DNA of 64,000 nt, from positions 23,514 to 87,513 of the forward strand of contig CALOFD010000012.1 of NCBI GenBank assembly GCA_942492505.1. Direction: 5' to 3'. The first letter of the stretch is position 1. Every line of letters begins with the position of its first letter. Of the stretch, positions 19,945-29,383 are shown in pieces. The translations under genes were made by a program, and so were the position numbers. Under the pieces are notes generated by a model that made no database searches, was not told the origin of the DNA, and worked only from the letters and a program-made list of their open reading frames with translations. Source of the stretch: Thermoanaerobaculia bacterium (GTDB lineage Bacteria; Acidobacteriota; Thermoanaerobaculia; Multivoradales; Multivoraceae).

Positions 19945-21471
19945 ATGCTGCCCCGCCCCGACGCAGGAGCCCTCTCGATGACGAGTGATATCGACCGCCT
20001 TCTCGAGATCTGGCAGGAGATCCACGACCTCGACAGCACCGCGCTGCTGCTGTCCTGGGACCAGGAAACCATGATGCCGCCGGGCGGCGACGCCGGGCGG
20101 GCCGAGATCAACTCCACGATCGCAGGCCTCCAACACCGCCTCCTGACGAGCCCCGAACTCGGGGAGTTGCTCGAGCGTCTCGAAACCGTCGAACTCGATC
20201 CGATCTCTGAAGCCCAGGCCCGGCAGGCAACACGACGACGGCTGCGGGCCGTCGCTCTGCCCGAGAAGCTGGTCAAGGCGATGGCCACTGCGACCAGCCT
20301 GGGGGTGACTCAGTGGCGTGCAGCGCGGGAAGCCGCCGACTTCTCCATTTTTGCCGATTCACTTCGCGAGATCGTAGGGCTGAAGCGGGAGGAGGCCGGC
20401 TGCATCGGCATCGGCGAAGTGCCCTACGATGCCCTGCTCGATGAGTTCGAGCCTGGACTGCTGGCGAGCCAGGTGAAGGGCCCCTTCGCTGAACTGGAGC
20501 GGGAGCTGCCTCCCCTGATCGCGGCGGTGCGCGAGAGCGGCATCGTGGTCGACGAAACACCGGCAAGGGGGAACTTCCCCCTCGACGACCAACTGCGCTT
20601 CGGACGCTGGTTGGGCGAACAGCTGGGCTTCGACTTCCACCGCGGTCGCCTGGACCGCTCGACCCACCCCTTCTGCGTGGGAATTCATCCCGACGATGTC
20701 CGTCTGACGTGGCGAGGCTACGAAGACGACTTTCGCTCGGGGATCTTCGGCCTCCTGCACGAAGCGGGGCACGGGCTCTACGAAGCGGGTCTGCCTGCCG
20801 CGTGGCATCGGAGCCCCCTTGGCGGCGCGGCTTCGTTCGCCGTTCACGAGTCCCAGTCGCGCCTGTGGGAGAACCACGTCGGTCGGCATCCATCGTTCTG
20901 GGAGGGTGTCCTGCCCCATTTCATCGAGGCGTTTCCCGAGGCCTCGGAATTGACGGTCGATAGGCTCTGGCCGACCCTGCACACCATTCAACCGTCATTC
21001 ATCCGTGTCGAAGCGGACGAAGTGACCTACCACCTCCATATCCTGGTCCGGTTCCAGATCGAGAGCGCGCTGTTCGCCGGCCAGCTCGAGATCGAGGATC
21101 TGCCCGGGGAGTGGGATGACGCCTACGAACGGCTGCTGGGCATCCGCCCTCCCGACGACAGCGTCGGAGTCCTTCAAGACGTCCACTGGTCCTCGGGCCT
21201 GTTCGGCTACTTCCCCACCTACAGCCTCGGCAGTCTGCTCTCGACCCAGCTTTTCGAGACGGCCGAAGCCGAGTTGGGAAGCTTCGACGCACCGTTTTCC
21301 AGGTTGGAGTTCGGTCCTCTGCTGGAGTGGCTCCGCAAGGCCGTTCACTGCCACGGTTCCCGGTATACGGCGGACGAGTTGACGCTTCAGGCGACAGGCG
21401 CGCCGCTGTCGACCGACCCCTTCCTGCGCTATGCCAGGGCCAAGGCCCGGCGAATCTACGGAATCGAGTAG
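19945..21471 (+). CDS. carboxypeptidase M32 (Taq-type metallocarboxypeptidase)
   Basis: HEAGHGLYE zinc motif plus LLSWDQETMMPPGG and HESQSRLWEN. The track ORF starts at 19576, but the plausible start is the ATG at 19945 or 19978. Confidence 0.9.
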   Translation: MLPRPDAGALSMTSDIDRLLEIWQEIHDLDSTALLLSWDQETMMPPGGDAGRAEINSTIAGLQHRLLTSPELGELLERLETVELDPISEAQARQATRRRLRAVALPEKLVKAMATATSLGVTQWRAAREAADFSIFADSLREIVGLKREEAGCIGIGEVPYDALLDEFEPGLLASQVKGPFAELERELPPLIAAVRESGIVVDETPARGNFPLDDQLRFGRWLGEQLGFDFHRGRLDRSTHPFCVGIHPDDVRLTWRGYEDDFRSGIFGLLHEAGHGLYEAGLPAAWHRSPLGGAASFAVHESQSRLWENHVGRHPSFWEGVLPHFIEAFPEASELTVDRLWPTLHTIQPSFIRVEADEVTYHLHILVRFQIESALFAGQLEIEDLPGEWDDAYERLLGIRPPDDSVGVLQDVHWSSGLFGYFPTYSLGSLLSTQLFETAEAELGSFDAPFSRLEFGPLLEWLRKAVHCHGSRYTADELTLQATGAPLSTDPFLRYARAKARRIYGIE

Positions 21472-21520
21472 TCGGCGAGGCCGTGCCTGCACGGAAATCG
21501 AACGGGGTCGAAGTGCGAAC

Positions 21521-21549
21521 TTGACTTACGCCTTTCTTACGCCTACGCT
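21521..21549 (+). promoter_or_regulatory. candidate promoter upstream of imuA, with an 11-bp-phased direct repeat in the spacer
   Basis: TTGACT (21521-26), a 17-bp spacer, then TACGCT (21544-49). CTTACGCCT occurs twice (21525-33 and 21536-44). This rests on sequence pattern alone. Confidence 0.2.
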
Positions 21550-21612
21550 GTTTTCTTTCGCATCATCAACCAACTACCCACCTGTCGTCGGCCATGACCG
21601 ACGGTCCCGGCC

Positions 21613-22434
21613 GTGTCAGCAATCGCTCTTCCAACCAGCCTCCAGACCCACCTTCGGACGGCTCGCGAACTTCTCGATCCGGACCGAACCCGTGAAGACC
21701 GAGACGAAAAGCTGCCCACCGCTCTCGACTCGATGGACCGAATCCTCCGAGGCGGCCTTGCACGGGGTGAACTCGTCGAACTGATCGGCCGTCACAGCAG
21801 CGGTCGCTACTCCACGGTCCTGGCCACCCTGGCGACGACGACCCGGCTCGGCGAGGCCGTCGCCCTCGTGGATCTCGGTGACCATTTCGACCCCCAGTCG
21901 GCAAGACGAGCCGGAGTCCTGCTCGATCGTCTGCTGTGGCTTCGTCCCCAGAATCTCAAAGAGGCCCAGAATGCGACGGAGATCCTGATCGGCGGAGGCT
22001 TTGCTCTCGTCGTCCTCGACCTCGGAACGCCTCCGATCCCGGGCGGGCAGGGTCCCCAGGGTTCCTGGCTGAGACTGCAGAAGGCGATCCGGGAGCATCG
22101 CGGAGCTCTCCTGGTTTCGACTCCCTATCGAGTCAGCGGAGCGGCGGCTTCGATCGTGGTCGAGGCCCGCCGCAACAAGGCCCTGTGGTCCGGCCAGGGC
22201 CTCTCACCGCGCCGTCTCGATGGGCTGGATCTCGCCATGGTCCTCGGCAAGGCGAGGGGAAGGAGTCCAGGACAACGCGAGGATCTTCGCCTGTATCTCG
22301 AAACAGGCTCGGTAGCGCGTCACGGGACCGTCCTACCCATCCTGCCGCCGGACAACCGCACCGAAGACACTTCCCCAGCAGTGCTCGAGGCACGAGGACC
22401 ACAGGTCGTCGATCGCCGAGTCGCCCGAGGATGA
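21613..22434 (+). CDS. imuA: ImuA-like (RecA/SulA-fold) translesion-synthesis accessory protein
   Basis: 273-aa ORF with a GTG start. The segment LPTALDSMDRILRGGLARGELVELIG...ALVDLGDHFDP...LLWLRP resembles ImuA, and the gene is followed 5 nt later by imuB. Confidence 0.7.
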   Translation: MSAIALPTSLQTHLRTARELLDPDRTREDRDEKLPTALDSMDRILRGGLARGELVELIGRHSSGRYSTVLATLATTTRLGEAVALVDLGDHFDPQSARRAGVLLDRLLWLRPQNLKEAQNATEILIGGGFALVVLDLGTPPIPGGQGPQGSWLRLQKAIREHRGALLVSTPYRVSGAAASIVVEARRNKALWSGQGLSPRRLDGLDLAMVLGKARGRSPGQREDLRLYLETGSVARHGTVLPILPPDNRTEDTSPAVLEARGPQVVDRRVARG

Positions 22435-22438
22435 GGCG

Positions 22439-23974
22439 ATGAAGTCACGACTGGCCTGTGCCGTCGTCCCCCTGTTTCCGCTCGCAGCGCGTCTACGCAG
22501 CGAACCCGAACTCCTCGGCGAAGCCCTGGTCATCTTCGAAGGCAACGCCCACAATGCGAAAGTCGTCGCCGCAACCCGAACCGCGCGTCAGGCCGGGATC
22601 CGCCCCGGACTCAGTCTGCCACAGGCTCGGGCCTTGATGCCGGCCCTGATCGCCCGGGGCCGCGACGCCGACTGCGAAGCAACGGCCCAGGAGACGCTGC
22701 TCGAGATCGCGGAATCGATCTCGCCCCGGGTCGAGCCTTCCGGGGAAGGCATCGTCCATCTCGATATCCAGGGGCTCGAGCGGCACTATCGTCGCGATGA
22801 CCCGGAAGTCGATCTGGCCCATACCCTCCTGCGCGAGCTCGACAATGTCGGATTGCCTGCACGCGTCGGAATCGCCGGCAACAAGCTGGCGGCGCGGATC
22901 GCCGCCGAGCTCCCTCACACGCCGACCGTGGTCGCCGCCGGTGAAGAGGCGACGTTCCTGGCCCCCCTCCCTCTCGAACGGTTGGCGCCCGAGATCGGAA
23001 TCGCCGAAACGCTGTCGCGTTGGGGGGTGCGCTCGATCGGTGAACTCGCATCCCTGCCCCGCTCCGAAGTCAGCAGTCGACTCGGTGAGATCGGCCGGAT
23101 TCTCCACGAGAGTGCTCGAGGGCTCGACGCTGAACCCCTGATCCCCCGTCAACCACCTCCCACCTTTCGGGAAGGCATGAGCCTGGAATGGCCCCTCGTG
23201 ACTCTCGAACCGCTGATGCATCTCTTCGAGGCGGCACTGAAGCGTCTGTGTCGACGTCTCGACGCCCAGGGACTCGGCTGCCTCCGCCTTGCCGTCGTTC
23301 TCAAGCTGGAGCCCGATGGACGGCATGAGCGTGACCTCTGCCTGCCGAGTCCTACTCGCGACGTTCGTACCCTGCTCGAACTGCTGCGTCTCGACCTCGA
23401 AGCCTTCTCTCCCCGGGCTCCCGTCGTCGGGTTCCGATTCGACGCTCACCCCGAGAAGCCTCGCACTGCGCAACTGTCGATCTTCGGCCCGGCTTCCCTC
23501 TCACCCGAGAAACTCGCAACGACTCTGGCGCGACTCTTCACCCTGCTCGGCAAGGGGCGGGTCGGGGCGCCGGAAGAGGTCGACGGCCATCTCCCCGAAC
23601 GCTTCGCGATGACCGACTACGCCCCCCCTGCACCGCCCCAGAATCGCCTTCAGCCGCCGAGCGCTCGAGGGCTCCTGATCGTCCGGGCGCTCAAGCCGGC
23701 CATCCCTCTGGAAGTCGGCCTCGACCCGCGCAATCAGGGAGACTCCTGCTTGCGCCCCTGCGCCCTCAGACCGAGGCAGGAAGCCGCCAACAGCACTCGG
23801 ATCGCCGGTCCGGTGCGGGTCGCTTCCGGCCCCTGGCAGTTGGAGGAGGGCTGGTGGAAGCAGAACCCGGTCCAACGCGATTACTGGGATGTCGAGATGG
23901 GCAGCGGCGAACTCCTGAGGATCTACCAGGACCGCCAGACGCAACGTTGGTTCATGGACGGGATCTACGACTGA
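22439..23974 (+). CDS. imuB: ImuB, Y-family-polymerase-like protein
   Basis: 511-aa ORF. The N-terminus LACAVVPLFPLAARLRSEPELLGEALVIFEG...ARQAGIRPGLSLPQARAL is typical of ImuB. Confidence 0.8.
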   Translation: MKSRLACAVVPLFPLAARLRSEPELLGEALVIFEGNAHNAKVVAATRTARQAGIRPGLSLPQARALMPALIARGRDADCEATAQETLLEIAESISPRVEPSGEGIVHLDIQGLERHYRRDDPEVDLAHTLLRELDNVGLPARVGIAGNKLAARIAAELPHTPTVVAAGEEATFLAPLPLERLAPEIGIAETLSRWGVRSIGELASLPRSEVSSRLGEIGRILHESARGLDAEPLIPRQPPPTFREGMSLEWPLVTLEPLMHLFEAALKRLCRRLDAQGLGCLRLAVVLKLEPDGRHERDLCLPSPTRDVRTLLELLRLDLEAFSPRAPVVGFRFDAHPEKPRTAQLSIFGPASLSPEKLATTLARLFTLLGKGRVGAPEEVDGHLPERFAMTDYAPPAPPQNRLQPPSARGLLIVRALKPAIPLEVGLDPRNQGDSCLRPCALRPRQEAANSTRIAGPVRVASGPWQLEEGWWKQNPVQRDYWDVEMGSGELLRIYQDRQTQRWFMDGIYD

Positions 23975-24801
23975 TCGGCGCCCGCCCCGCCATCGCACAC
24001 CAGGACCTGCCCGCTGATGTAGTCCGACTCCGGCAGACACAGAAGCAACAGCGCTCCGGCCGCCTCCTCGGGAGTCCCGCGCCGCCCCAGCGGAATCCTC
24101 GTCTCCATCGCCCGAGCCACCCTGCGCGGGAATCCCACTCGATACGACCTGCCGCCGACCTCGATCTCGGCGGGACGATCCTCGAAATCCTGCGTCAGTC
24201 GCGTGCCGATCCAGCCGAACGCGACCGCATTCACATTCACCCCATAGCGCCCCCACTCCTTGGCGAGAGTCCGGGTGAGCCCCAGGAGGGCCGACTTCGC
24301 CGACGCATACGCGAGCTGGGTGGCCGCGCCGTACAACCCCGACACCGACGACACGTTGACCACCTTCCTGAAGCGCACCCGCCCCTCCTCTTCTTCCCTG
24401 CGTGCCGCTTCCCGTAGGAAGGGCGTCAGCGCCCGCAGCAATCGGAAGGGCGCCGTCGCATGGACCTCGAGCATCGCGTGCCATTGCTCGTCGGTTGTGT
24501 TCTGGATCGTCGTATTCCAGATATAGCCGGCGTTGTTGACGACGATGTCGACGCCTCCGCCCAACCGCAGCGCCTGCTCCACCGCGCGCTCGCCAAAATC
24601 CTCGGCCGTGACGTCCCCGACCAGGAACTCCACCCCCAGTTGATCGTGCAACGCTTCCAGAGGCTCGCGATCGAGGTCGCAGGCCAGCACTCGCGCCCCT
24701 TCACCGACGAGGCGTCGAACCAGCGCGGCGCCGATCCCTCGTCCCGCGCCGGTCACGATTGCCGTCCGGTCCACCAGCCGTCCGGGATCTCCATCCTTCA
24801 T
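23965..24801 (-). CDS. short-chain dehydrogenase/reductase (SDR)
   Basis: The ATG at 24801 (MKDGDPGRLVDRTAIVTGAGRGIG) opens a 278-aa product with NNAG and YASAKSA motifs. The longer track ORF (to 25371) is an upstream read-through artefact. Confidence 0.9.
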   Translation of the reverse strand: MKDGDPGRLVDRTAIVTGAGRGIGAALVRRLVGEGARVLACDLDREPLEALHDQLGVEFLVGDVTAEDFGERAVEQALRLGGGVDIVVNNAGYIWNTTIQNTTDEQWHAMLEVHATAPFRLLRALTPFLREAARREEEEGRVRFRKVVNVSSVSGLYGAATQLAYASAKSALLGLTRTLAKEWGRYGVNVNAVAFGWIGTRLTQDFEDRPAEIEVGGRSYRVGFPRRVARAMETRIPLGRRGTPEEAAGALLLLCLPESDYISGQVLVCDGGAGADQS

Positions 24802-24864
24802 CTGCGCTCCTCCCCCACCTATACTCGGATCCATTCGAACCCTCCCATTCGGACCAGGAGATCC

Positions 24865-25458
24865 ATGAGACTTTCTGCCCCCCGCGTTCCTCCCATCGAT
24901 CCTCACGACGAGAATACTCCCGCCGAGGCGCTCGAGTTGCTCGAGCGTTTCGCTCGCAACGACGGCCGCGGCGTCGACGGCCAGCTCAACATCTTCAAGA
25001 CCCTGGCGCACCATCCCGATCTCCTGCGCCGCTGGACCGTGTTCGGGAACCACGTGCTCTACAAGTCGTCCCTTCCGGCGCGCGAACGGGAACTGGTCAT
25101 CCTGCGCGTCGGATGGTGCTGCAACTCCGGATATGAGTGGGGCCAACATTGTGTGATCGGCGAGCGCGCCGGACTCACTCCCGAAGAGATCCGCAGAATC
25201 GCCGAGGGACCCCAGGCCGCCGGCTGGACCGAGACCGAGTCCGCACTGCTCAGGGCGGTCGACGAGCTGCACGCGGACTCGTTCGTCTCGGACGACACCT
25301 GGGCCGTCCTGCAGCGCTCCTTCGACACTCGCCAGCTCATCGACCTGGTGTTCGCCATCGGGCAGTACCACCTGGTGTCGATGGCCCTCAACACGCTCGG
25401 AGTCCAGCTCGATCCCGGAGTGCCGACCTTCGAGCAGACGGCGGGGCGGACCCCTTGA
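24865..25458 (+). CDS. carboxymuconolactone decarboxylase (AhpD-like) family protein
   Basis: The ATG at 24865 gives a 197-aa product with CMD-like helical sequence (LRRWTVFGNHVL...ERELVILRVGWCCNSGYEWGQH). Confidence 0.75.
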   Translation: MRLSAPRVPPIDPHDENTPAEALELLERFARNDGRGVDGQLNIFKTLAHHPDLLRRWTVFGNHVLYKSSLPARERELVILRVGWCCNSGYEWGQHCVIGERAGLTPEEIRRIAEGPQAAGWTETESALLRAVDELHADSFVSDDTWAVLQRSFDTRQLIDLVFAIGQYHLVSMALNTLGVQLDPGVPTFEQTAGRTP

Positions 25459-26252
25459 GCCGACTGGAGGGCAAGACAGCCGTCGTGGTCGGGGCCGGCC
25501 AGACTCCAGGCGACACCATCGGAAACGGAAGGGCGACGGCGATCCTCTTCGCCCGGGAGGGGGCCCGCGTGATGCTGGTCGACCGCGACACCGACTCAGC
25601 GAACGAGACAGCGGCGATGATCGCCGAGGAGGGAGGAGACTGTCGCGTCTTCTCTGCGGACATCACGAAGAAGGACGATTGCCATGCCTTTGCCCAGGCG
25701 ACCCTCGCCAGCTGGGAGAGAATCGACATCCTCCACAACAACGTGGGGATCGGAGGCAACGACAGCGGGCCGGTCCATCTCGAGGAAGAAGACTTCGATC
25801 GGATCCTGAGGGTGAATCTCAAGGGGACGTTCTTGAGTTGCAAGGCGGTCCTGCCGATCATGCGGCGACAGGCGAGCGGCTCGATCGTCAACGTCTCCTC
25901 GATCGCCGCCGTCTGCTCGGTGGGTCTGATGGCCTACAAGTCCTCGAAGGCCGCCGTCAATGCGATGACCCACTCGATCGCGATGGGCAACGCGAAGTAC
26001 GGCATCCGAGCCAACGTGATCATGCCGGGCCTCATCAACACCCCAATGGCGATCGAGGGCATCTCCCGAGGACGCGGAATCGACAAGGAGGAACTGATCA
26101 CGGAACGCAACGCGCGAGTGCCCCTGAACTCACGCATGGGAACTGCCTGGGACGTCGCCTACGCCGCCCTCTTCCTGGCGTCGGACGAGGCGCGCTTCAT
26201 CACCGCAGTCGAGCTGCCCGTCGATGGCGGCCAGCGGGCACGGATCGGCTAG
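25455..26252 (+). CDS. short-chain dehydrogenase/reductase (SDR)
   Basis: The TTG at 25455 overlaps the preceding stop (TTGA). The product begins LEGKTAVVVGAGQTPGDTIGNG and carries NVSS...YKSSKAA. Confidence 0.88.
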   Translation: MSRLEGKTAVVVGAGQTPGDTIGNGRATAILFAREGARVMLVDRDTDSANETAAMIAEEGGDCRVFSADITKKDDCHAFAQATLASWERIDILHNNVGIGGNDSGPVHLEEEDFDRILRVNLKGTFLSCKAVLPIMRRQASGSIVNVSSIAAVCSVGLMAYKSSKAAVNAMTHSIAMGNAKYGIRANVIMPGLINTPMAIEGISRGRGIDKEELITERNARVPLNSRMGTAWDVAYAALFLASDEARFITAVELPVDGGQRARIG

Positions 26253-26275
26253 ACGGCCGAGTCCCGGACAACTCC

Positions 26276-26281
26276 TATAAT
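26276..26281 (+). promoter_or_regulatory. candidate -10 hexamer for the egt operon
   Basis: A perfect TATAAT lies 54 nt upstream of the egtB ATG in an otherwise GC-rich intergenic region. No convincing -35 was seen. Confidence 0.25.
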
Positions 26282-26334
26282 CGGAGAGCCTTCGGGTCCG
26301 ACCTCTCTTCACAGCCGCCGCCACTCTCGCTCCC

Positions 26335-27621
26335 ATGATCGCCGACTCAACCCCCTCGGAGAGCTCCGGGGCAACTCGAACGCTCGCTCTCCTCGAGCGC
26401 TTCCGAGCCGTGCGCGATCTCACCCGGGATCTGTGCGAGCCCCTTGCGACCGAAGACTTCGTCATCCAGACGATGCCCTCGGTCAGCCCCACGAAGTGGC
26501 ATCTCGCTCACACGACCTGGTTCTTCGAAACGTTCATCGCACTTCGCCACGACCCGGACTATGTCGCGTTCGACGATCGCTACGCCTACCTGTTCAACTC
26601 CTACTACAACTCTCTCGGGCGCTTTCATGCCCGCGATCAGCGCGGCCTTCTCAGCCGCCCCACGGTCGAGGAGATCTGGGCCTACCGAAGCCATGTCGAG
26701 CGGGCGCTGGAGCGACTGATCGAGACAGCGAAGCCCTCGCTCATCGTCACCCTGGAGCCCCTTCTGGAGATCGGCTGTCATCACGAGCAGCAACACCAGG
26801 AACTCCTCCTCACCGACATCAAGCATGTGCTCGCCTCGAACCCCCTCGAACCTGCCTACGCCTCGGCTTCGAGGCCGTCCAGCCGGACCGCTCCCCTCGA
26901 ACTCACCTGGAGTGAGCACCAGGGAGGCATTCACGAGATCGGTCACTCGGGCTCTTCCTTCGCCTACGACAACGAGGGACCTCGACATGAGGTCCTTCTG
27001 CGTCCCTACCGACTGGCGGATCGCCTCGTGACGAACGCAGACTTTCTGGAGTTCGTGTCCGACGACGGCTACCAGCGTCCCGAACTCTGGCTGTCGCAGG
27101 GCTGGTCCACGGTTCAGGCCGAGGGCTGGCAGGCCCCCCTCTACTGGAGGCGCCAGTCAGGCGACTGGAAGGAGATGACCCTTCTCGGACTGCGTGCTCT
27201 CGAGGCGGCAGAGCCCGTATGTCACCTCAGCTACCTCGAAGCCGACGCCTACGCACGCTGGAAGGGAGCCCGTCTTCCCAGCGAAGCGGAGTGGGAGGTT
27301 GCCGCACGCGCCCATCCGGTCGAGGGCAACTTCGTCGATCGGAGGACCTTCCATCCCGTCGCCGCCGAGAGCAACGGGCCCACTCAGTTCTTCGGTGACG
27401 TGTGGGAATGGACTTCTTCTCCCTACGTGGGCTACCCCGGCTATCGCCAGGCCGCGGGCGCCCTCGGCGAGTACAACGGCAAGTTCATGCTCGGACAGCA
27501 GGTGCTTCGCGGCGGCTCGTGCGCCTCGTCCCGCGACCACCTTCGAATCACCTACCGCAACTTCTTCGAGCCGCAGGCCCGTTGGCAGTTCAGCGGCCTT
27601 CGACTCGCCGCCGACTCATGA
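26335..27621 (+). CDS. egtB: ergothioneine biosynthesis sulfoxide synthase EgtB (DinB-like + FGE-sulfatase domains)
   Basis: 428-aa ORF with SPTKWHLAHTTWFFE, CHHEQQHQELLLTDIK, and the C-terminal GDVWEWTSSPY...LRGGSCAS. Confidence 0.9.
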   Translation: MIADSTPSESSGATRTLALLERFRAVRDLTRDLCEPLATEDFVIQTMPSVSPTKWHLAHTTWFFETFIALRHDPDYVAFDDRYAYLFNSYYNSLGRFHARDQRGLLSRPTVEEIWAYRSHVERALERLIETAKPSLIVTLEPLLEIGCHHEQQHQELLLTDIKHVLASNPLEPAYASASRPSSRTAPLELTWSEHQGGIHEIGHSGSSFAYDNEGPRHEVLLRPYRLADRLVTNADFLEFVSDDGYQRPELWLSQGWSTVQAEGWQAPLYWRRQSGDWKEMTLLGLRALEAAEPVCHLSYLEADAYARWKGARLPSEAEWEVAARAHPVEGNFVDRRTFHPVAAESNGPTQFFGDVWEWTSSPYVGYPGYRQAAGALGEYNGKFMLGQQVLRGGSCASSRDHLRITYRNFFEPQARWQFSGLRLAADS

Positions 27622-28610
27622 GCGGCTACGGGCCGGAAGATCTTCCTGTCGGGTCGGTCTCTCCGGCACCCGACCCGGCCGCGGCGACGTTTCGATCCGA
27701 CGTCCTGTCGGGACTGCTCAGTCGTCCCAAGACCCTGCCCCCGAAGTATTTCTACGACGAACGTGGACTCACGCTCTTCAACGCGATCCGTGAAACGCCG
27801 GAGTACTACCTCACACGAACAGAACTCTCCATCATGACCGGGGCGGCCGGAGAGATCGCTGCGGAGATCGGGGCCGGTGCCGTGCTCGTCGAGTACGGCA
27901 GTGGCAGCAGCGACAAGGCCGCCCTGCTGCTCGAACAGATGCAGGACCCGGTGGGCGTCGTGCTCATCGACATCTCGCCTGAACACCTGCTCGCCAGCGT
28001 CCAGGAGCTCAGGCTGGCCTACCCCGACCTCTGGATCGATGGCGTCGCCGCAGACTTCACCCGCCCCGTCGTACTGCCTGCGCCCCCGCGGCGCACCGAA
28101 CGCACGGTCCTCTACTTCGCCGGATCGACGATCGGCAACTTCGACCACGAACACGCCTTGAGCCTGCTGCGTGCGATGCGGGCGACGGTCGAACCCGGAG
28201 ACGCCCTGCTCATCGGTATCGACAGAATCAAGCGGCTCGAAGTCCTGCTTCCGGCCTACGACGACGCGCGAGGCGTGACCGCCGCCTTCAATCGCAATCT
28301 CCTCCATCGGGTCAACAGGGAACTGGGCGCAGACTTCGACCCCTCGCTGTTCCGTCACGAAGCGCGCTGGAACCCGGAGTACGACCGCATCGAGATGCAC
28401 CTGGTCAGCGAGCGCGCCCAGACCGTCCAGGTCGACGGTCACGCCATCGACTTCGCGGGCGGCGAATCGATCCACACCGAGTCGTCCCACAAGTACGACC
28501 TCGAGCGTTTCGTCGCCGACGCGGAGGGCTGCGGCTTCCGTTTTCGCAAGGCCTGGAGTGACTCCGGCGACGCCTTCAGCGTGATCCTCTTCGAAGCGAC
28601 TCCTCCGTGA
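27618..28610 (+). CDS. egtD: L-histidine N(alpha)-methyltransferase EgtD
   Basis: The ATG at 27618 overlaps the egtB stop (ATGA). Contains LPPKYFYDERGLTLFNAIRETPEYYLTRTE and EYGSGSS. Confidence 0.9.
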   Translation: MSGYGPEDLPVGSVSPAPDPAAATFRSDVLSGLLSRPKTLPPKYFYDERGLTLFNAIRETPEYYLTRTELSIMTGAAGEIAAEIGAGAVLVEYGSGSSDKAALLLEQMQDPVGVVLIDISPEHLLASVQELRLAYPDLWIDGVAADFTRPVVLPAPPRRTERTVLYFAGSTIGNFDHEHALSLLRAMRATVEPGDALLIGIDRIKRLEVLLPAYDDARGVTAAFNRNLLHRVNRELGADFDPSLFRHEARWNPEYDRIEMHLVSERAQTVQVDGHAIDFAGGESIHTESSHKYDLERFVADAEGCGFRFRKAWSDSGDAFSVILFEATPP

Positions 28611-29377
28611 TCAGGATCCGGGGTCTCACGAGGACCTGGGGCGACACGGTCGCGGTCGAGAACCTCGACCTCGACGTCGCTCGCGCTGAGACCCTCGTCC
28701 TCCTCGGTGGATCCGGTTCGGGCAAGACCACGACGCTGAAGATGATCAACCGACTCCTCGAGCCGACTTCTGGAAGCATCGAGATCGACGGAGTGAACAC
28801 GCTCGACTCGCCGGCCTGGGAAGTTCGTCGAGGCATCGGCTATGCCTTCCAGGAAGTCGGGCTCTTCCCCCACATGACCGTCGCCGAGAACATCGCCCTG
28901 CCGCTGCGACTGCGGGGCGACGATTCAGCGGTGCAGCAGGGAAGGGTTGACCAACTCCTGATGCGGGTCGAACTCGAGCCGGCCGAATACCGAGAGCGCT
29001 TTCCCGACGAACTTTCCGGGGGCCAGGCGCAGCGTGTCGGACTGGCGAGAGCGCTCAGTGCCGAGCCTCCCCTGCTCCTGCTCGACGAGCCCTTCGGCGC
29101 GCTCGACCCGCTGGTTCGGGACCGGCTCCAGCGCTTCTTCATCAGGCTCACCACCGAGCTCGAACTGACCGTGATCTTCGTCACTCACGACATGGCCGAG
29201 GCCCTGATCCTCGCCGATCGCATCGCGGTCCTCGACCAGGGACGCCTGCTGCAGCTCGGCACCCCTTCCGAGCTCCTCCGCAACCCGGTCGACGACACCG
29301 TCCGCAACCTGATGGAGAGCCCGCTGCACCAGGCGGCCGTGATCGATCGGCTCCTCGACGCCGGCTCAACAGGGTAG
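28607..29377 (+). CDS. ABC transporter ATP-binding protein (quaternary-amine/betaine type; EgtV-like candidate)
   Basis: The GTG at 28607 overlaps the egtD stop (GTGA). Walker A is GGSGSGKTT, the signature is LSGGQAQR and Walker B is LLLDEP. No CBS domains are present. Confidence 0.9.
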   Translation: MIRIRGLTRTWGDTVAVENLDLDVARAETLVLLGGSGSGKTTTLKMINRLLEPTSGSIEIDGVNTLDSPAWEVRRGIGYAFQEVGLFPHMTVAENIALPLRLRGDDSAVQQGRVDQLLMRVELEPAEYRERFPDELSGGQAQRVGLARALSAEPPLLLLDEPFGALDPLVRDRLQRFFIRLTTELELTVIFVTHDMAEALILADRIAVLDQGRLLQLGTPSELLRNPVDDTVRNLMESPLHQAAVIDRLLDAGSTG

Positions 29378-29383
29378 CCGGAA

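Noticed and set aside
21472-21612. A LexA/SOS box upstream of imuA.
   Set aside because: I found none of the LexA consensus types I know (CTGT-N8-ACAG, CGAAC-N4-GTTCG, GTTC-N7-GTTC). Only unassigned direct and inverted repeats were found, and these are reported as low-confidence observations.
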